64,000 nucleotides of DNA from Bdellovibrionales bacterium (GCA_965200875.1 OZ241456.1:224001-288000); one strand, 5' to 3'. Shown: positions 51,065 to 60,790, counted from the first letter of the stretch. Numbers and translations are program-made. The notes: a model not told the origin generated them from the letters alone.

Positions 51065-51739
51065 TTATAGTTTTTCTAATTTAACATTGGAAAAGTTAGG
51101 ATCTTCTTCCAGTTCCTTTAAAAATTTTTCCGCAGCTTCTTTTGATTTAAAAGTTCCGATGTACACTTTATAGGAATTTTTAAATTTTTTAAAAAAAATT
51201 TTCCAGTGGGGAAATCGTATTTTTAACTGTGTTGATTTTTCTATGGCGGACTTTTTATGCTCGTACTGAGCAATAAGCAGAGTGTGTAAGGTTGTTGTTT
51301 GCTTTGTTTGTGTTGTGTCAGTGGTTTTTGTGTCATCAGCGGGTGTTTTGTCAGGGGATTTTTTGTTAGTGGCTGACAATTTGTTGACGGGTTCTGGTTT
51401 TCTAACGGGAGCACTTTTTTGGGAGACTTTATCAGAGAGTGTTTTTTTATAAAGATTTACCTTTTCTCTTTGGCTTTGTTTTGTATTTGATGGTGGCCAT
51501 TCAGGGGAGGACATCTGTTGATTTGGAAGCATATCCGGCTGGATTCTTTTGGATGGCTTTTTTTTTGCAGAGGATAAAGTCATTTCTCTTCCCAGAAAAA
51601 AAGCCAGAGAGAAGGAAAAGACAATCATAATAAAAACAAAGCTTAGTTTATAAAATTCTTTTTTCATTATGCGGTCAATACTCCAGGAAAAAGTCTTTTT
51701 ATACAACTGAAAAGCTAATTTGGTAAGGTGTAATGTCAA
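51065..51739 (-). CDS. SPOR-domain membrane protein
   Basis: TM, low-complexity linker, C-terminal YKVYIGTFKSKEAAE; start uncertain. Confidence 0.7.
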   Translation of the reverse strand: MTLHLTKLAFQLYKKTFSWSIDRIMKKEFYKLSFVFIMIVFSFSLAFFLGREMTLSSAKKKPSKRIQPDMLPNQQMSSPEWPPSNTKQSQREKVNLYKKTLSDKVSQKSAPVRKPEPVNKLSATNKKSPDKTPADDTKTTDTTQTKQTTTLHTLLIAQYEHKKSAIEKSTQLKIRFPHWKIFFKKFKNSYKVYIGTFKSKEAAEKFLKELEEDPNFSNVKLEKL

Positions 51740-51787
51740 AAATTTAGCTCTGATACATCATTTTTTTGTCTTTTTTTCTCTAAAACT

Positions 51788-52432
51788 GTGGTTTCAATCC
51801 GTTTTTTCAGGGTTTTTAGGAAATTTTTAAGACAAAAGTCTGTCAGGCCCTTATGTTGCTTTGTTTCATTATGGGAGTGGCCGTTGTCAGATAAAAATTC
51901 CGACTTTTATTTTACTGAAGAAAAACCCTTCGTTCCATCAAATCGGGCGAGTGAGGAAAGATTTTCTTTTTTTCTTAAAATTGTGTGTTTGTTTGCATTC
52001 TGTGGGAGTACAGCTTTGTGGCTGATATCAAATCAACCCCATTTAGGAAGTCCTTCAAAGTCCAGCCGGGTCGTGCAAAGTGTATCATCCGCCTCTCTTT
52101 TTGAAGATCAGGAGCTGGCTCTGGATTCTTTTTTTGTTTTGCTTAAATCGAATCAAGGTCGTCAGTTAATAAAGATGGAAGTGGTGTTCCATCTGAATGA
52201 TCCACAGGTATTTGCTGAGGTTCAGCAATCTGTTACGAGAATAAAAGATCATATTGTATTTATTCTTTCCCATCAAAATGTGTCTGTTTTTTCTGATTCA
52301 GAAAGAAAACACCTGCTGGAGCAGGAGATTATCCATCAGCTTAACCTGTTTCTTGTTTCCGGGAAAATCGAGGATATGCGATTAAAAAAAACTTTTTTAA
52401 ACAATTCCGGTGTTGAGCTTCCGGATTTATGA
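51788..52432 (+). CDS. fliL: Flagellar basal-body-associated FliL family protein
   Basis: TM then LDSFFVLL..., RIKD.IVFILS, EII.QLN.FL..GKI pattern; true start probably downstream of 51788. Confidence 0.7.
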   Translation: MVSIRFFRVFRKFLRQKSVRPLCCFVSLWEWPLSDKNSDFYFTEEKPFVPSNRASEERFSFFLKIVCLFAFCGSTALWLISNQPHLGSPSKSSRVVQSVSSASLFEDQELALDSFFVLLKSNQGRQLIKMEVVFHLNDPQVFAEVQQSVTRIKDHIVFILSHQNVSVFSDSERKHLLEQEIIHQLNLFLVSGKIEDMRLKKTFLNNSGVELPDL

Positions 52433-52445
52433 AGAGGAGAAAATA

Positions 52446-53222
52446 ATGAGAAAAAATAAAATGATGAAAATGGCTACACGGGGGGCAAGTCAATTAACAC
52501 TAGAGGAAAGGCAAAAGTTGATTGAACAATACACTCCTTTAATTCGGTTTATAGCTAAAAAGATTTCCATTCGCCTGCCAGCTAATATTGATGTGGAGGA
52601 TTTGATATCCAGCGGAGTCATTGGTTTAATGGATGCCATAGACAAATACGATTCCACAAGAGATAATAAGTTTAAAACTTATGCTGAGTTTCGTATTAGA
52701 GGTTCTATTTTAGATGAACTAAGAGCGCAGGATTGGGTGCCACGTTCTGTGCGAGATAAAGCAAAAATGCTTGAACGAGTAACGGCCAACCTAGAGTCGG
52801 AATTAGGTTATCCTCCTACGGATACAGAAATCGCGGAGCGACTGGGTTTGACAAGCAGTGAATTTTATAATCTGGTAAATCAGGTACGACCAGTTAATGT
52901 ATTATCCATTGATGAAGTAGCTAATTTCAGCAATGTGGATCGAAAGTCTTTTTTGAGTCTTCTACAAGGAGAAAGTGATCCTTTTTTCTATTTGAGTGTA
53001 AAGTCCATTAAAAATGCGTTAAAAAGGATCATTGAAGAGCTTCCAGAAAGGCAAAGAATTGTGCTTTCCCTTTACTACTACGAAGGGTTTAATTTGAAAA
53101 AGATTGGTGCTGTTCTAGGGGTTACGGAAAGCAGGGTGTCTCAGCTTCACGCACAAGCCATTAAGCGTCTTAAGGTGAAGATTGAACAAAGGTTTAAAGA
53201 GCATGAATTGAAAGTCGCTTAA
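52446..53222 (+). CDS. fliA: RNA polymerase sigma factor FliA/WhiG (sigma28)
   Basis: DLISSGVIGLMDA, FKTYAEFRIRGSILDELR..DWVPRSVR, VTESRVSQLH; SD GAGGAG before ATG 52446. Confidence 0.95.
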   Translation: MRKNKMMKMATRGASQLTLEERQKLIEQYTPLIRFIAKKISIRLPANIDVEDLISSGVIGLMDAIDKYDSTRDNKFKTYAEFRIRGSILDELRAQDWVPRSVRDKAKMLERVTANLESELGYPPTDTEIAERLGLTSSEFYNLVNQVRPVNVLSIDEVANFSNVDRKSFLSLLQGESDPFFYLSVKSIKNALKRIIEELPERQRIVLSLYYYEGFNLKKIGAVLGVTESRVSQLHAQAIKRLKVKIEQRFKEHELKVA

Positions 53223-53225
53223 TGT

Positions 53226-54131
53226 TTAATGTGTGGTAGATTTCTTTTTGGAAAAAGCACTGAGTTTTTCTGCTAAAAAAAACAACCCACCACCTATGCA
53301 AAAAAAGGCGATACAGTTTATAATTTCTAAACTTTTTTCTAAGGAAACCAAGTTTTCATAAGGTATTACTTCCGGTAAACTGCCCGTAATGCAACCTATA
53401 GCCATACAGAAAAAAATATTTTTTCGTTTTTTCAAGAAGAAACGAATAAAATAAAAGGCACAGAGCAAACCTAATCCGCCACCTGTTAAAAACATCAAAA
53501 TATATTTCATAAGCCAATCTGTTAAGGCGTTTAAAATAAAAGAGTATGTGCCTAGAAGCCATAAAACCATTGAACCAGAAAGACCGGGCAGGATAGAGGC
53601 AAAAAAGCCAAGAAATCCAGATATGAAAAACAGCAAAAGGGAGGGAGAGGAATGGGAGACACTGGGAATCATTTTAAGAAGAATAAAAATGCTGGCAGTC
53701 GTCAGAAGAATCAATAAGAAACTGCTGATTTTTTTGTCTGTTAATTGAAAAAGTTTGGGGAGAGATGCAACTATCAGCCCAGAGAAAACCGAGTAAACTT
53801 CTAAAGGGAAATGTGTCAATAATTGAGATATCACTTTTGTTAAAGAAAAAATTGCCAACAAAATTCCTGCTCCGAGAAAAAGAAGAAAGACAATATCATC
53901 TTTGTTTTTTCTTGAGAGACGAGTGAGATTTGTGATGGAAAAAAAACATTTTTCATAAATACCCATGATAAGAGCCAAAGTTCCGACAGACACCCCCGGC
54001 AAAAGGCTAGCTGATCCTAAAATAAAACCTTTTAAGATCCATTCGATCTTCTGAAAAATATTTTTTTTAAAGGTTTTATTTTTAACCGGTTTCATTTTTC
54101 TTATTTTTCCTTCTTCTTGAATATATATCAT
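53226..54131 (-). CDS. DUF368 family membrane protein (undecaprenyl-phosphate translocase-like)
   Basis: Two PG.S motifs: KG..G...PGVS.GT.ALI.GIYE and ILPGLSGS..L..LG.Y. Confidence 0.85.
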   Translation of the reverse strand: MIYIQEEGKIRKMKPVKNKTFKKNIFQKIEWILKGFILGSASLLPGVSVGTLALIMGIYEKCFFSITNLTRLSRKNKDDIVFLLFLGAGILLAIFSLTKVISQLLTHFPLEVYSVFSGLIVASLPKLFQLTDKKISSFLLILLTTASIFILLKMIPSVSHSSPSLLLFFISGFLGFFASILPGLSGSMVLWLLGTYSFILNALTDWLMKYILMFLTGGGLGLLCAFYFIRFFLKKRKNIFFCMAIGCITGSLPEVIPYENLVSLEKSLEIINCIAFFCIGGGLFFLAEKLSAFSKKKSTTH

Positions 54132-54432
54132 TTGATACCTGTTAAAACCAGGCCCTTAGTATAAAGAACTTTTTAATGTTTATATCCAGTATGCAGGATT
54201 CTTCATGAGGATTTTCCGGCAGTTTTTTTCCTATACAGAGGGAGGTGAAAAAATATATTTATATGTAAAGCTTATTTACTCATACCTCAGCACTCGGGGC
54301 CTGCGTTTTTGCCTCGTGGTGGATATAGTAGTCCGGTTCTGAGTAAGTCTGTTTAGTGGACAAGTGCAGTCAAATCGCTTATCCTGAAAACTGGCAAGTC
54401 CACTCTCAGAAAATTCAAAATTAGAGGTTTAT

Positions 54433-55362
54433 ATGAATTTTTTCTTAGGTTTCCTGTTTTTTGGTTTTTTGGCATTATCTAATTGTGGTTTTTTTCAGGA
54501 TTCAGATGAAACAGAAACAGAAAGGGAGGGAGAGGAAAGAGCACAGGACAGGGAACAGAGCAGAGAACGGGACAGTGGTCGGGCCGGTGGTCGGGAACAG
54601 GCAGGAAATGTCCCATCCGCTTTAGAGCATGAACTAAAGGAAAAAAAGCCTTTGGGACCCATACATGTATGTGACCGAACAGAGCTAGTTAAACAGGCTA
54701 TTCTCGTGCAATTACAACAACCGGATTGTAATCAAGTGACCGCTTTGGATTTAAGTACTATTTCCGCATTGGATTTGAGTGGAAAACAGGTGCGCGTTCT
54801 TGAAGAAGGGGATTTTTCAGGATTGATTTCTTTGACCACTCTTGATCTTTCCCATAATCATCTATCTGATTTACCGGTGAATATTTTTAAAGGGCTTGGT
54901 GCTTTAGAAATCCTATCTCTTTCTCATAATCAGCTATCTCATCTTCCTGTAGGAGTGTTTGATGAGCTTTTGTATTTGGAGATGCTTTCCATTACCAATA
55001 ACTCTCTCACTGATTTATCAGCCGGAGTGTTTGTAAACCTCAGCGTTTTAAAGCAGCTGGATCTTTCCAATAATCAATTAAAAGTGCTTTCCGCCGGAGT
55101 GTTTGATAAACTTAAATCTCTGGAAATTCTTGCTCTTTTTGGCAATAAATTGATCATTTTATCGGAAGGAATTTTTGATGATCTCAATTCTGTAAAGACG
55201 CTTTCTCTTTTTGATAATGATTTAACCACTTTTCCTGTGGGGTTTTTTAATGAACTGAGAGCTTTAGATACCCTTCTTCTTCATGGTAACTCATTTACTG
55301 AGATAGAAAAAAATCGTATAAAAAAGGAACTGAATGGAAGAGTGGCGACACTGCGTATTTAA
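54433..55362 (+). CDS. Leucine-rich-repeat lipoprotein
   Basis: Lipobox LSN-C; VCDRT..V..AI...C..VT cap; about 7-8 24-aa LxxLxLxxNxLxxLxxGxFxxL repeats. Confidence 0.9.
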   Translation: MNFFLGFLFFGFLALSNCGFFQDSDETETEREGEERAQDREQSRERDSGRAGGREQAGNVPSALEHELKEKKPLGPIHVCDRTELVKQAILVQLQQPDCNQVTALDLSTISALDLSGKQVRVLEEGDFSGLISLTTLDLSHNHLSDLPVNIFKGLGALEILSLSHNQLSHLPVGVFDELLYLEMLSITNNSLTDLSAGVFVNLSVLKQLDLSNNQLKVLSAGVFDKLKSLEILALFGNKLIILSEGIFDDLNSVKTLSLFDNDLTTFPVGFFNELRALDTLLLHGNSFTEIEKNRIKKELNGRVATLRI

Positions 55363-55444
55363 AGGTCGCCCGTGAAAAACCTCTGAAAAAATAATACCCA
55401 CTTACGACAAAATTCTTGGGAAATTCATACCGGTTTTAAAGGTT

Positions 55445-56203
55445 TTACTCTTTATCTTTTTCCTCCACTAAAGCAGGAAGATATTTATGATAAGGTCTTC
55501 CGCCTAAAAGGCTTAATACACGATTATAAAGATTTTTATTGTTAATCAGAGCACCGGCTGTTCCCTCTCCTTCATCTATTTTTTTCAATATGCTGTTAAG
55601 GGTTTTTAAAATTTGAGATAGTTCTCTGGATTTATTTTCAGAAAACATCCGGGAAAAATCTTGAGCGGTTTTGCTTAAATGTTTAAGGGTTTGCTCGGAG
55701 TTAAGAGTGCGTGTAAAAATCAATAATTCCTCCAAAATCTCGGATATTTTTTCCCCCGTGGCTTCATTTCCCAAAGCTCCCAATATTCCCGGAACAGGCT
55801 GGGTAGGAATGTAACTGTTTTTAGGAAGCTTTTGTCCCTGTTTGCCTTTGGTTATAATGGTGATATATTTATCTCCCAGAAGACCTTTTGTAGCTAGGGA
55901 CGCAAAGGCTTTATCTGTAATAAAAGGAGTGAATTTATGCAAAATGGATACCACTACCTGTACATGACCTGTTTCCGGTATGAAGTGAATACCTGATACA
56001 TTTCCTGCCGACAAACCGTTTATCATAACGGCACTCCCCACGAATAATCCATCCACGGTTTCAAATTTCAGTTTATACTTGGAAATCAGATTAAAATAGG
56101 TTTTATCATCACCTATTAACGCCACATAAGCGAATAAACAAAGTGTCCCTGCCAGTATAAAAACACCTACTTTAAGTTTTATTCTTTGTTTACTTTGCTT
56201 CAT
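55445..56203 (-). CDS. mlaD: MlaD/MCE family protein
   Basis: KVG.F + TM, GL.VGS.V...G..AG.V, T.GLLGDKYI, GEGT.GALIN. Confidence 0.88.
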   Translation of the reverse strand: MKQSKQRIKLKVGVFILAGTLCLFAYVALIGDDKTYFNLISKYKLKFETVDGLFVGSAVMINGLSAGNVSGIHFIPETGHVQVVVSILHKFTPFITDKAFASLATKGLLGDKYITIITKGKQGQKLPKNSYIPTQPVPGILGALGNEATGEKISEILEELLIFTRTLNSEQTLKHLSKTAQDFSRMFSENKSRELSQILKTLNSILKKIDEGEGTAGALINNKNLYNRVLSLLGGRPYHKYLPALVEEKDKE

Positions 56204-56948
56204 AATTTTCTCCTTTTTTAATACCTTTAATAAAATTATTTAAAAGAGTGCCATGACTTTTTTTTAAATTCTGAGGGGTGTCTATAGCTTGTATTTTTCC
56301 CTGCCCCAGTAAAGCAATACGATCACAAACCCTTAACGCTGTTGGCATATCATGTGTTACCAACATGGCACTGGTTCCCTTTTTTTGCAGTTTTAAAATT
56401 GTATTTTGCATATTCCGTTTTTTATAGGGATCCAAACCCGTGGTGGGTTCATCATACAAAATAACTTTTGGCTTGGTAATGGTTGCCCGGGCAATGCCCA
56501 CTCTTTTTTGCATTCCTCCTGAAAGCTCCGCCGGGTACATGGACTCATTTCCTTTTAAATCAAATTCCTGCAATTCCTGTAAAACCGCCTCTTTGATTTT
56601 GCTTTCCGACCAATTCGTATGTTCTCTTAGCGGAAAAGCTAAATTTTCATAAACATTCATGGAATCAAACAAAGCACCTCCCTGAAAAACATAAGACACT
56701 TTTTTTCTGATGAAAACATATTGCTCCTCATTTGAGCTTAAAACATCTGTTTGTTCAAAAAATATTTTGCCACTGGTAGCCTGCTCCAATCCAATGATAG
56801 AGCGAAGCAAGGTGGATTTACCCTCTCCAGATCCTCCAATCAAGCCTAGGCATTCCCCGGGATTCAGAAAAAAGCTCACACCTTCTAAAACTTTTTTTTC
56901 CTTAAAAGAAACATACAAGTTTTTGACGGTAATTATCGGGTTTTGCAT
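56190..56948 (-). CDS. mlaF: MlaF-like ABC ATPase
   Basis: GGSGEGKS, FQGGALFDSM.V.EN, LSGGMQKRVGIARA, YDEPTTGLDP. Confidence 0.9.
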   Translation of the reverse strand: MQNPIITVKNLYVSFKEKKVLEGVSFFLNPGECLGLIGGSGEGKSTLLRSIIGLEQATSGKIFFEQTDVLSSNEEQYVFIRKKVSYVFQGGALFDSMNVYENLAFPLREHTNWSESKIKEAVLQELQEFDLKGNESMYPAELSGGMQKRVGIARATITKPKVILYDEPTTGLDPYKKRNMQNTILKLQKKGTSAMLVTHDMPTALRVCDRIALLGQGKIQAIDTPQNLKKSHGTLLNNFIKGIKKGENYEAK

Positions 56949-57040
56949 GTATCACATTCCTTTGGTTTTTCATTTCCGTCAGGCCACACTGATTTTTCTC
57001 TTGGAAAAAGGGAGGCTTGACTCATCTATTTTTCAGGTTT

Positions 57041-57796
57041 TTACACCATCATCCAATAAAATTTTGTTAACAGATAATCTCCCAACACAATTAAAACAGA
57101 AGAAAACACAACCGATTTTGTAGTTGCATTTCCCACTTCATAAGTGCCCTGACTCACTTTTAAGCCAAAATAACAGGCTGTTAATATAATAAAAGAAGAG
57201 AAAAAATAAGTCTTTATGTAACCGGAAAAAAAATCATGTAAGGTGGGAGTGTCAAAAGCTTTGCGAAAGAAATACACCACATCCAGATTCAGCTCAGAAT
57301 ACCCTACCAAGGCCCCACAGACAATGGAAACCAGACAGGAAAACACGCATAAAATCGGGACTGCCACTAAACCTCCTAGGAAGCGGGGGATGACAATCCT
57401 CTTAATGGGAGAAGTTCCCAAGGCCAAAAGCGCGTCAATTTGTTGAGTGACTTTCATAGCACCAATCTCTGCTGTTATTCCTGCCCCCACTCGACCGGCC
57501 AAAATGAGGCTCGTAAATACAGGGCCAAATTCCCTGAATATGGACAAAGATAAAATCTTTGGACTGTATATTTTGCCTCCAAATTTTTCAAGAGTAAGAC
57601 CAAATTGTAAAGTCAAAACCATTCCTCCACAGGCAGCTGTAACAAAAATAATAGGTAGAGATCTCCACCCTATTTCATAAATCTGGCGCAAAAAAATATT
57701 AAAATAAAATGGCCGGGTTTTTAGTTCTAAAATAATATCCCGCAAAAGAAGAACAATGCCTCCAAAAAAATGCACAATTTGCATAATCCAATTCAT
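57041..57796 (-). CDS. mlaE: MlaE-like ABC permease
   Basis: REFGPV, AGRVGA.ITAEIGAMKVTQQIDA, VG.ATT.SVV. Confidence 0.92.
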   Translation of the reverse strand: MNWIMQIVHFFGGIVLLLRDIILELKTRPFYFNIFLRQIYEIGWRSLPIIFVTAACGGMVLTLQFGLTLEKFGGKIYSPKILSLSIFREFGPVFTSLILAGRVGAGITAEIGAMKVTQQIDALLALGTSPIKRIVIPRFLGGLVAVPILCVFSCLVSIVCGALVGYSELNLDVVYFFRKAFDTPTLHDFFSGYIKTYFFSSFIILTACYFGLKVSQGTYEVGNATTKSVVFSSVLIVLGDYLLTKFYWMMV

Positions 57797-58389
57797 GGCG
57801 CGCGAAACTCCTGAAGGAAGTTTTTAAACACCGGAGTTTGATCAGAAATATTTTTTTGTGGGTTTGTTGTCAAAAAAACCAGCGCGTAAAAACATTTTTC
57901 TTTCTTAAATAAAAAAAGTTCCATAGAGGTTTTTGAATCTGGCGGTTTTAAGGACTTGAGCTTTAGATAATTTGCTTTTTGATTTTGATGATGGGTTTGA
58001 TTTTTATAAATCACACGAAAATTCTTTAAGTCTCCTAAAAAATCTTTTTGAAATTCTTCCAAAGAAGTGAACGGAGTCGCAGAAGAACAGTTGGAAAAAA
58101 AAGAAAGTATATTTCCTCCTGCCTGATCTTGCCAAGAAGCATCCATTCCCTTTTGTGGGATCTTTTTATAGGGCTTAGGTGGAGCTTTAAAAGTCACCCC
58201 TTCAGCACTGTGATCTTTCAGCATATTTAAGTCAAATGATATACAGGAGCTGTAAATTAAAAATAAGAAAAAAGGGATAAAATATATTCGCAACGCATTA
58301 TTAATACGCAAAACGGAATTTTTAAAGGCTTTTTCTTTTTTGTGGATTTTCTCCAAACAAAAAAACATACACTGTTTCATAGCCCACAA
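57793..58389 (-). CDS. Putative lipoprotein cotranscribed with mlaEFD
   Basis: Internal signal/lipobox LRIYFIPFFLFLIYSS-C, so true start is likely the TTG near 58293; stop overlaps mlaE start. Confidence 0.6.
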   Translation of the reverse strand: MWAMKQCMFFCLEKIHKKEKAFKNSVLRINNALRIYFIPFFLFLIYSSCISFDLNMLKDHSAEGVTFKAPPKPYKKIPQKGMDASWQDQAGGNILSFFSNCSSATPFTSLEEFQKDFLGDLKNFRVIYKNQTHHQNQKANYLKLKSLKPPDSKTSMELFLFKKEKCFYALVFLTTNPQKNISDQTPVFKNFLQEFRAP

Positions 58390-58513
58390 TTTCCCATAAC
58401 TTTATACGGCTTTCAAGAAAGACTGCACCTTATAATTTTAGTCTTTCCGCATTAAAACCTTGTAAAAAGCCGTCTTGCAGGACTTTTAAGGAGAATAATA
58501 AAGAATAATTTTA

Positions 58514-59200
58514 TCAACGGCCACCTTGACCACCGCCATAAGGGTCCTCCAGATCTGAGTTATTCAGATCAGCTGTTCCTATCTCGGAACTGTGGTTGGT
58601 GGTCCCATAGTAAACTGTCACACTCAACAAGCCATTTACTTCTGGAGTGCTGGCTTCACTTCTTAAAATCACAGAACTTACATTTGTGCCTGAAAATCGC
58701 ACATAAAAACCTTTATAATCGTTCCAATGCCTAGCCGTTCCTTTTAATGTGATGGGTACTAAAATAGAATAAGGATTAAAAGGAACATACGCATTTCCCG
58801 GGCAGATCCCACCCTCAAAAAACGGCATTTCTCCCTCCTGGTAAGGTTTAATGGTCAAAGTTGCTTCAGAGGGCAGTTCCTGTTTTTCAAACTGAATTTT
58901 TATATCCGCTCTGGAGTCAAAGTACTCACATTTATAACGGCCAGTATAAAAACCGCAAGGGTCACATTTCCGGCTTTCTCTTAAAAGATCTCTGTATTTG
59001 GCAGGATTGGTAAAATCTATGTTCCCGGCCCAAAATAATTTTATGGCCTTTTCATCAGTCTCCTGTTCGCCCTTTGGTGTTTGGTTGGAGGGGGCGGGAT
59101 TTTTAGGCTTTGCAGGATTATTCGGTTTTTTGTCCAAATGGCAAGCCATTAAAAAAAAGGACATAAAGCAAAGAAAACAAACATAACTTAATATTTTCAT
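58514..59200 (-). CDS. Hypothetical lipoprotein
   Basis: Lipobox LMA-C, Pro-rich linker, several Cys. Confidence 0.75.
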   Translation of the reverse strand: MKILSYVCFLCFMSFFLMACHLDKKPNNPAKPKNPAPSNQTPKGEQETDEKAIKLFWAGNIDFTNPAKYRDLLRESRKCDPCGFYTGRYKCEYFDSRADIKIQFEKQELPSEATLTIKPYQEGEMPFFEGGICPGNAYVPFNPYSILVPITLKGTARHWNDYKGFYVRFSGTNVSSVILRSEASTPEVNGLLSVTVYYGTTNHSSEIGTADLNNSDLEDPYGGGQGGR

Positions 59201-59245
59201 TGTCTTTCCCCTGAATGTTAATTAAAATCTAGCCTTCAAACCCCT

Positions 59246-59273
59246 TAATCGGCTGTTTTTTTGGTGTTCTTAA
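59246..59273 (-). promoter_or_regulatory. Putative sigma28 (FliA) promoter
   Basis: Minus strand TTAAG-N15-GCCGATTA upstream of the 58514-59200 gene. Confidence 0.6.
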
Positions 59274-59365
59274 ATAAAACATTTTATAGTGCTTGGAAAA
59301 TTCAGGATAAATGACAGTTTTTTTGGTGTTTCCCCTTTCTGTGTGTTAAAATGGTAAATCAACAC

Positions 59366-59722
59366 GGGGGCGAGTGGCTTCGACGCAGGTCATGAAGCTT
59401 CGGGAGCATGCAGAGGCGCGTGAGGACCTCTTAAAAAACATGTACAAAAACTAATTGGCAACTTTTTTCCAGTTGCTCTTGCTGCTTAATTTAAACAAGT
59501 GGTCGCTAACCGCGCTTTTGACGATGAGGTGTGGAAGGCGTTGATTCAGTCGTCTCGGCTTTTTACTGTTTTGTCAGGGTAGATAGGCTTAAACTTACTG
59601 ATAAAAACCCGATGGGTTGTGTTGGTACCAGCCTTTCGGTGTGTTTTGTATCAACTAAGCATGTAGCTGGCCTGAATGTGGATTATTTGCGGACACGAGT
59701 TCGACTCTCGTCGCCTCCACCA
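59366..59722 (+). ncRNA. ssrA: tmRNA (SsrA), tag (A)GNFFPVALAA
   Basis: 5' GGGGGCG..GGCTTCGAC; 3' T-arm GAGTTCGACTC and CGCCTCCACCA with G3:U70; tag frame 59457-59489; extended -10 TGtTAAAAT at 59344-59352. Confidence 0.95.
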
Positions 59723-59830
59723 TTTCTAGGAAAATAGCAGACTTTTTCACGGGCCACTAAATAAGGCGTTTTGCCCCGCGCCCGGCTTTGAAAGTCTTGC
59801 AGTTTTTTCCATTAAATATATAATAATTAT

Positions 59831-60676
59831 ATGTTCTTAAATCGATTTTTTCTCAAAGTTATTCTCTTCTCTCTTATAATAATGAGTGGTTGTGATGTGT
59901 CTGTACAAAATAATTCTGAAGAGATCCCGGAAAACACCGTGGATATTTTTGTGCAACCCGGTGAACCTTTGATTTTTCTGGAATCGGCGGGGGATAAAAT
60001 ATGCAGACGAGGTCTCCCGGATGAATCCATTTATGGACTGGATCCGGAGGAAAAAACAGATCAGGCAGAAAGTGAGGAAGAGGGGGAAGAAGAAGGAACA
60101 CAGACAGAAAGTGAATCTCAAACAAACGATCTCATTTCAACATCAGTGGATGAAAATTGGTTTGAAATGGGTCTTTTGATAGTGAACAAATCCAAAAAAT
60201 ATCATCTTATAGTGAGGGACCTGCAATTTAAGATAACGGCTACTTGGGGTGACGAAATTTTAAGCTCAACAGCCAATCTTGGTTCTGGATATTGCGGTTC
60301 AAGTCCCCTTTACATCATACCTCCCACTCCTGAAGGTTCAAAAAACTCTTATACGGGAGATAAATATGAACCTTTTAAGCAAAACTATGTAAACAATCTT
60401 ACTTTATTCATCAGTGGAGTGCCTATTCCTGATGGTCCTCCCACTTACAAGGAAAAAGAGGGTGACACCAACTCAGCTGTAAATGCCACCCGGAGGGAAG
60501 GACAAAGTGCCACCCAAACCGCTGAGCAAACAGAAGAAGTGTTTGTGCTTACTTATCTCCCCACTTATAGAGTGCAACTTGTTGCACATGGCTATTGGAT
60601 CGACAAAAGAAGAAACATGGTGGCTAATTTCAGAAAATCAATCCGGTTTTCACTATCTTCTCAATTTCTTAATTAA
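59831..60676 (+). CDS. Hypothetical lipoprotein
   Basis: Lipobox MSG-C; acidic linkers. Confidence 0.75.
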   Translation: MFLNRFFLKVILFSLIIMSGCDVSVQNNSEEIPENTVDIFVQPGEPLIFLESAGDKICRRGLPDESIYGLDPEEKTDQAESEEEGEEEGTQTESESQTNDLISTSVDENWFEMGLLIVNKSKKYHLIVRDLQFKITATWGDEILSSTANLGSGYCGSSPLYIIPPTPEGSKNSYTGDKYEPFKQNYVNNLTLFISGVPIPDGPPTYKEKEGDTNSAVNATRREGQSATQTAEQTEEVFVLTYLPTYRVQLVAHGYWIDKRRNMVANFRKSIRFSLSSQFLN

Positions 60677-60762
60677 TCCCCAGTGAAAACCCCTTTTTAT
60701 AAAACTAAAAAACCAAGTTGTTGTTAAAAAGTGTTTCTTAAAGAGACACTTTTAATTATTTT

Positions 60763-60790
60763 TTAAGCTCCAAGATTTTTTTGACGATGA
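60763..60790 (+). promoter_or_regulatory. Putative sigma28 (FliA) promoter
   Basis: TTAAG-N15-GACGATGA upstream of 60910. Confidence 0.4.
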
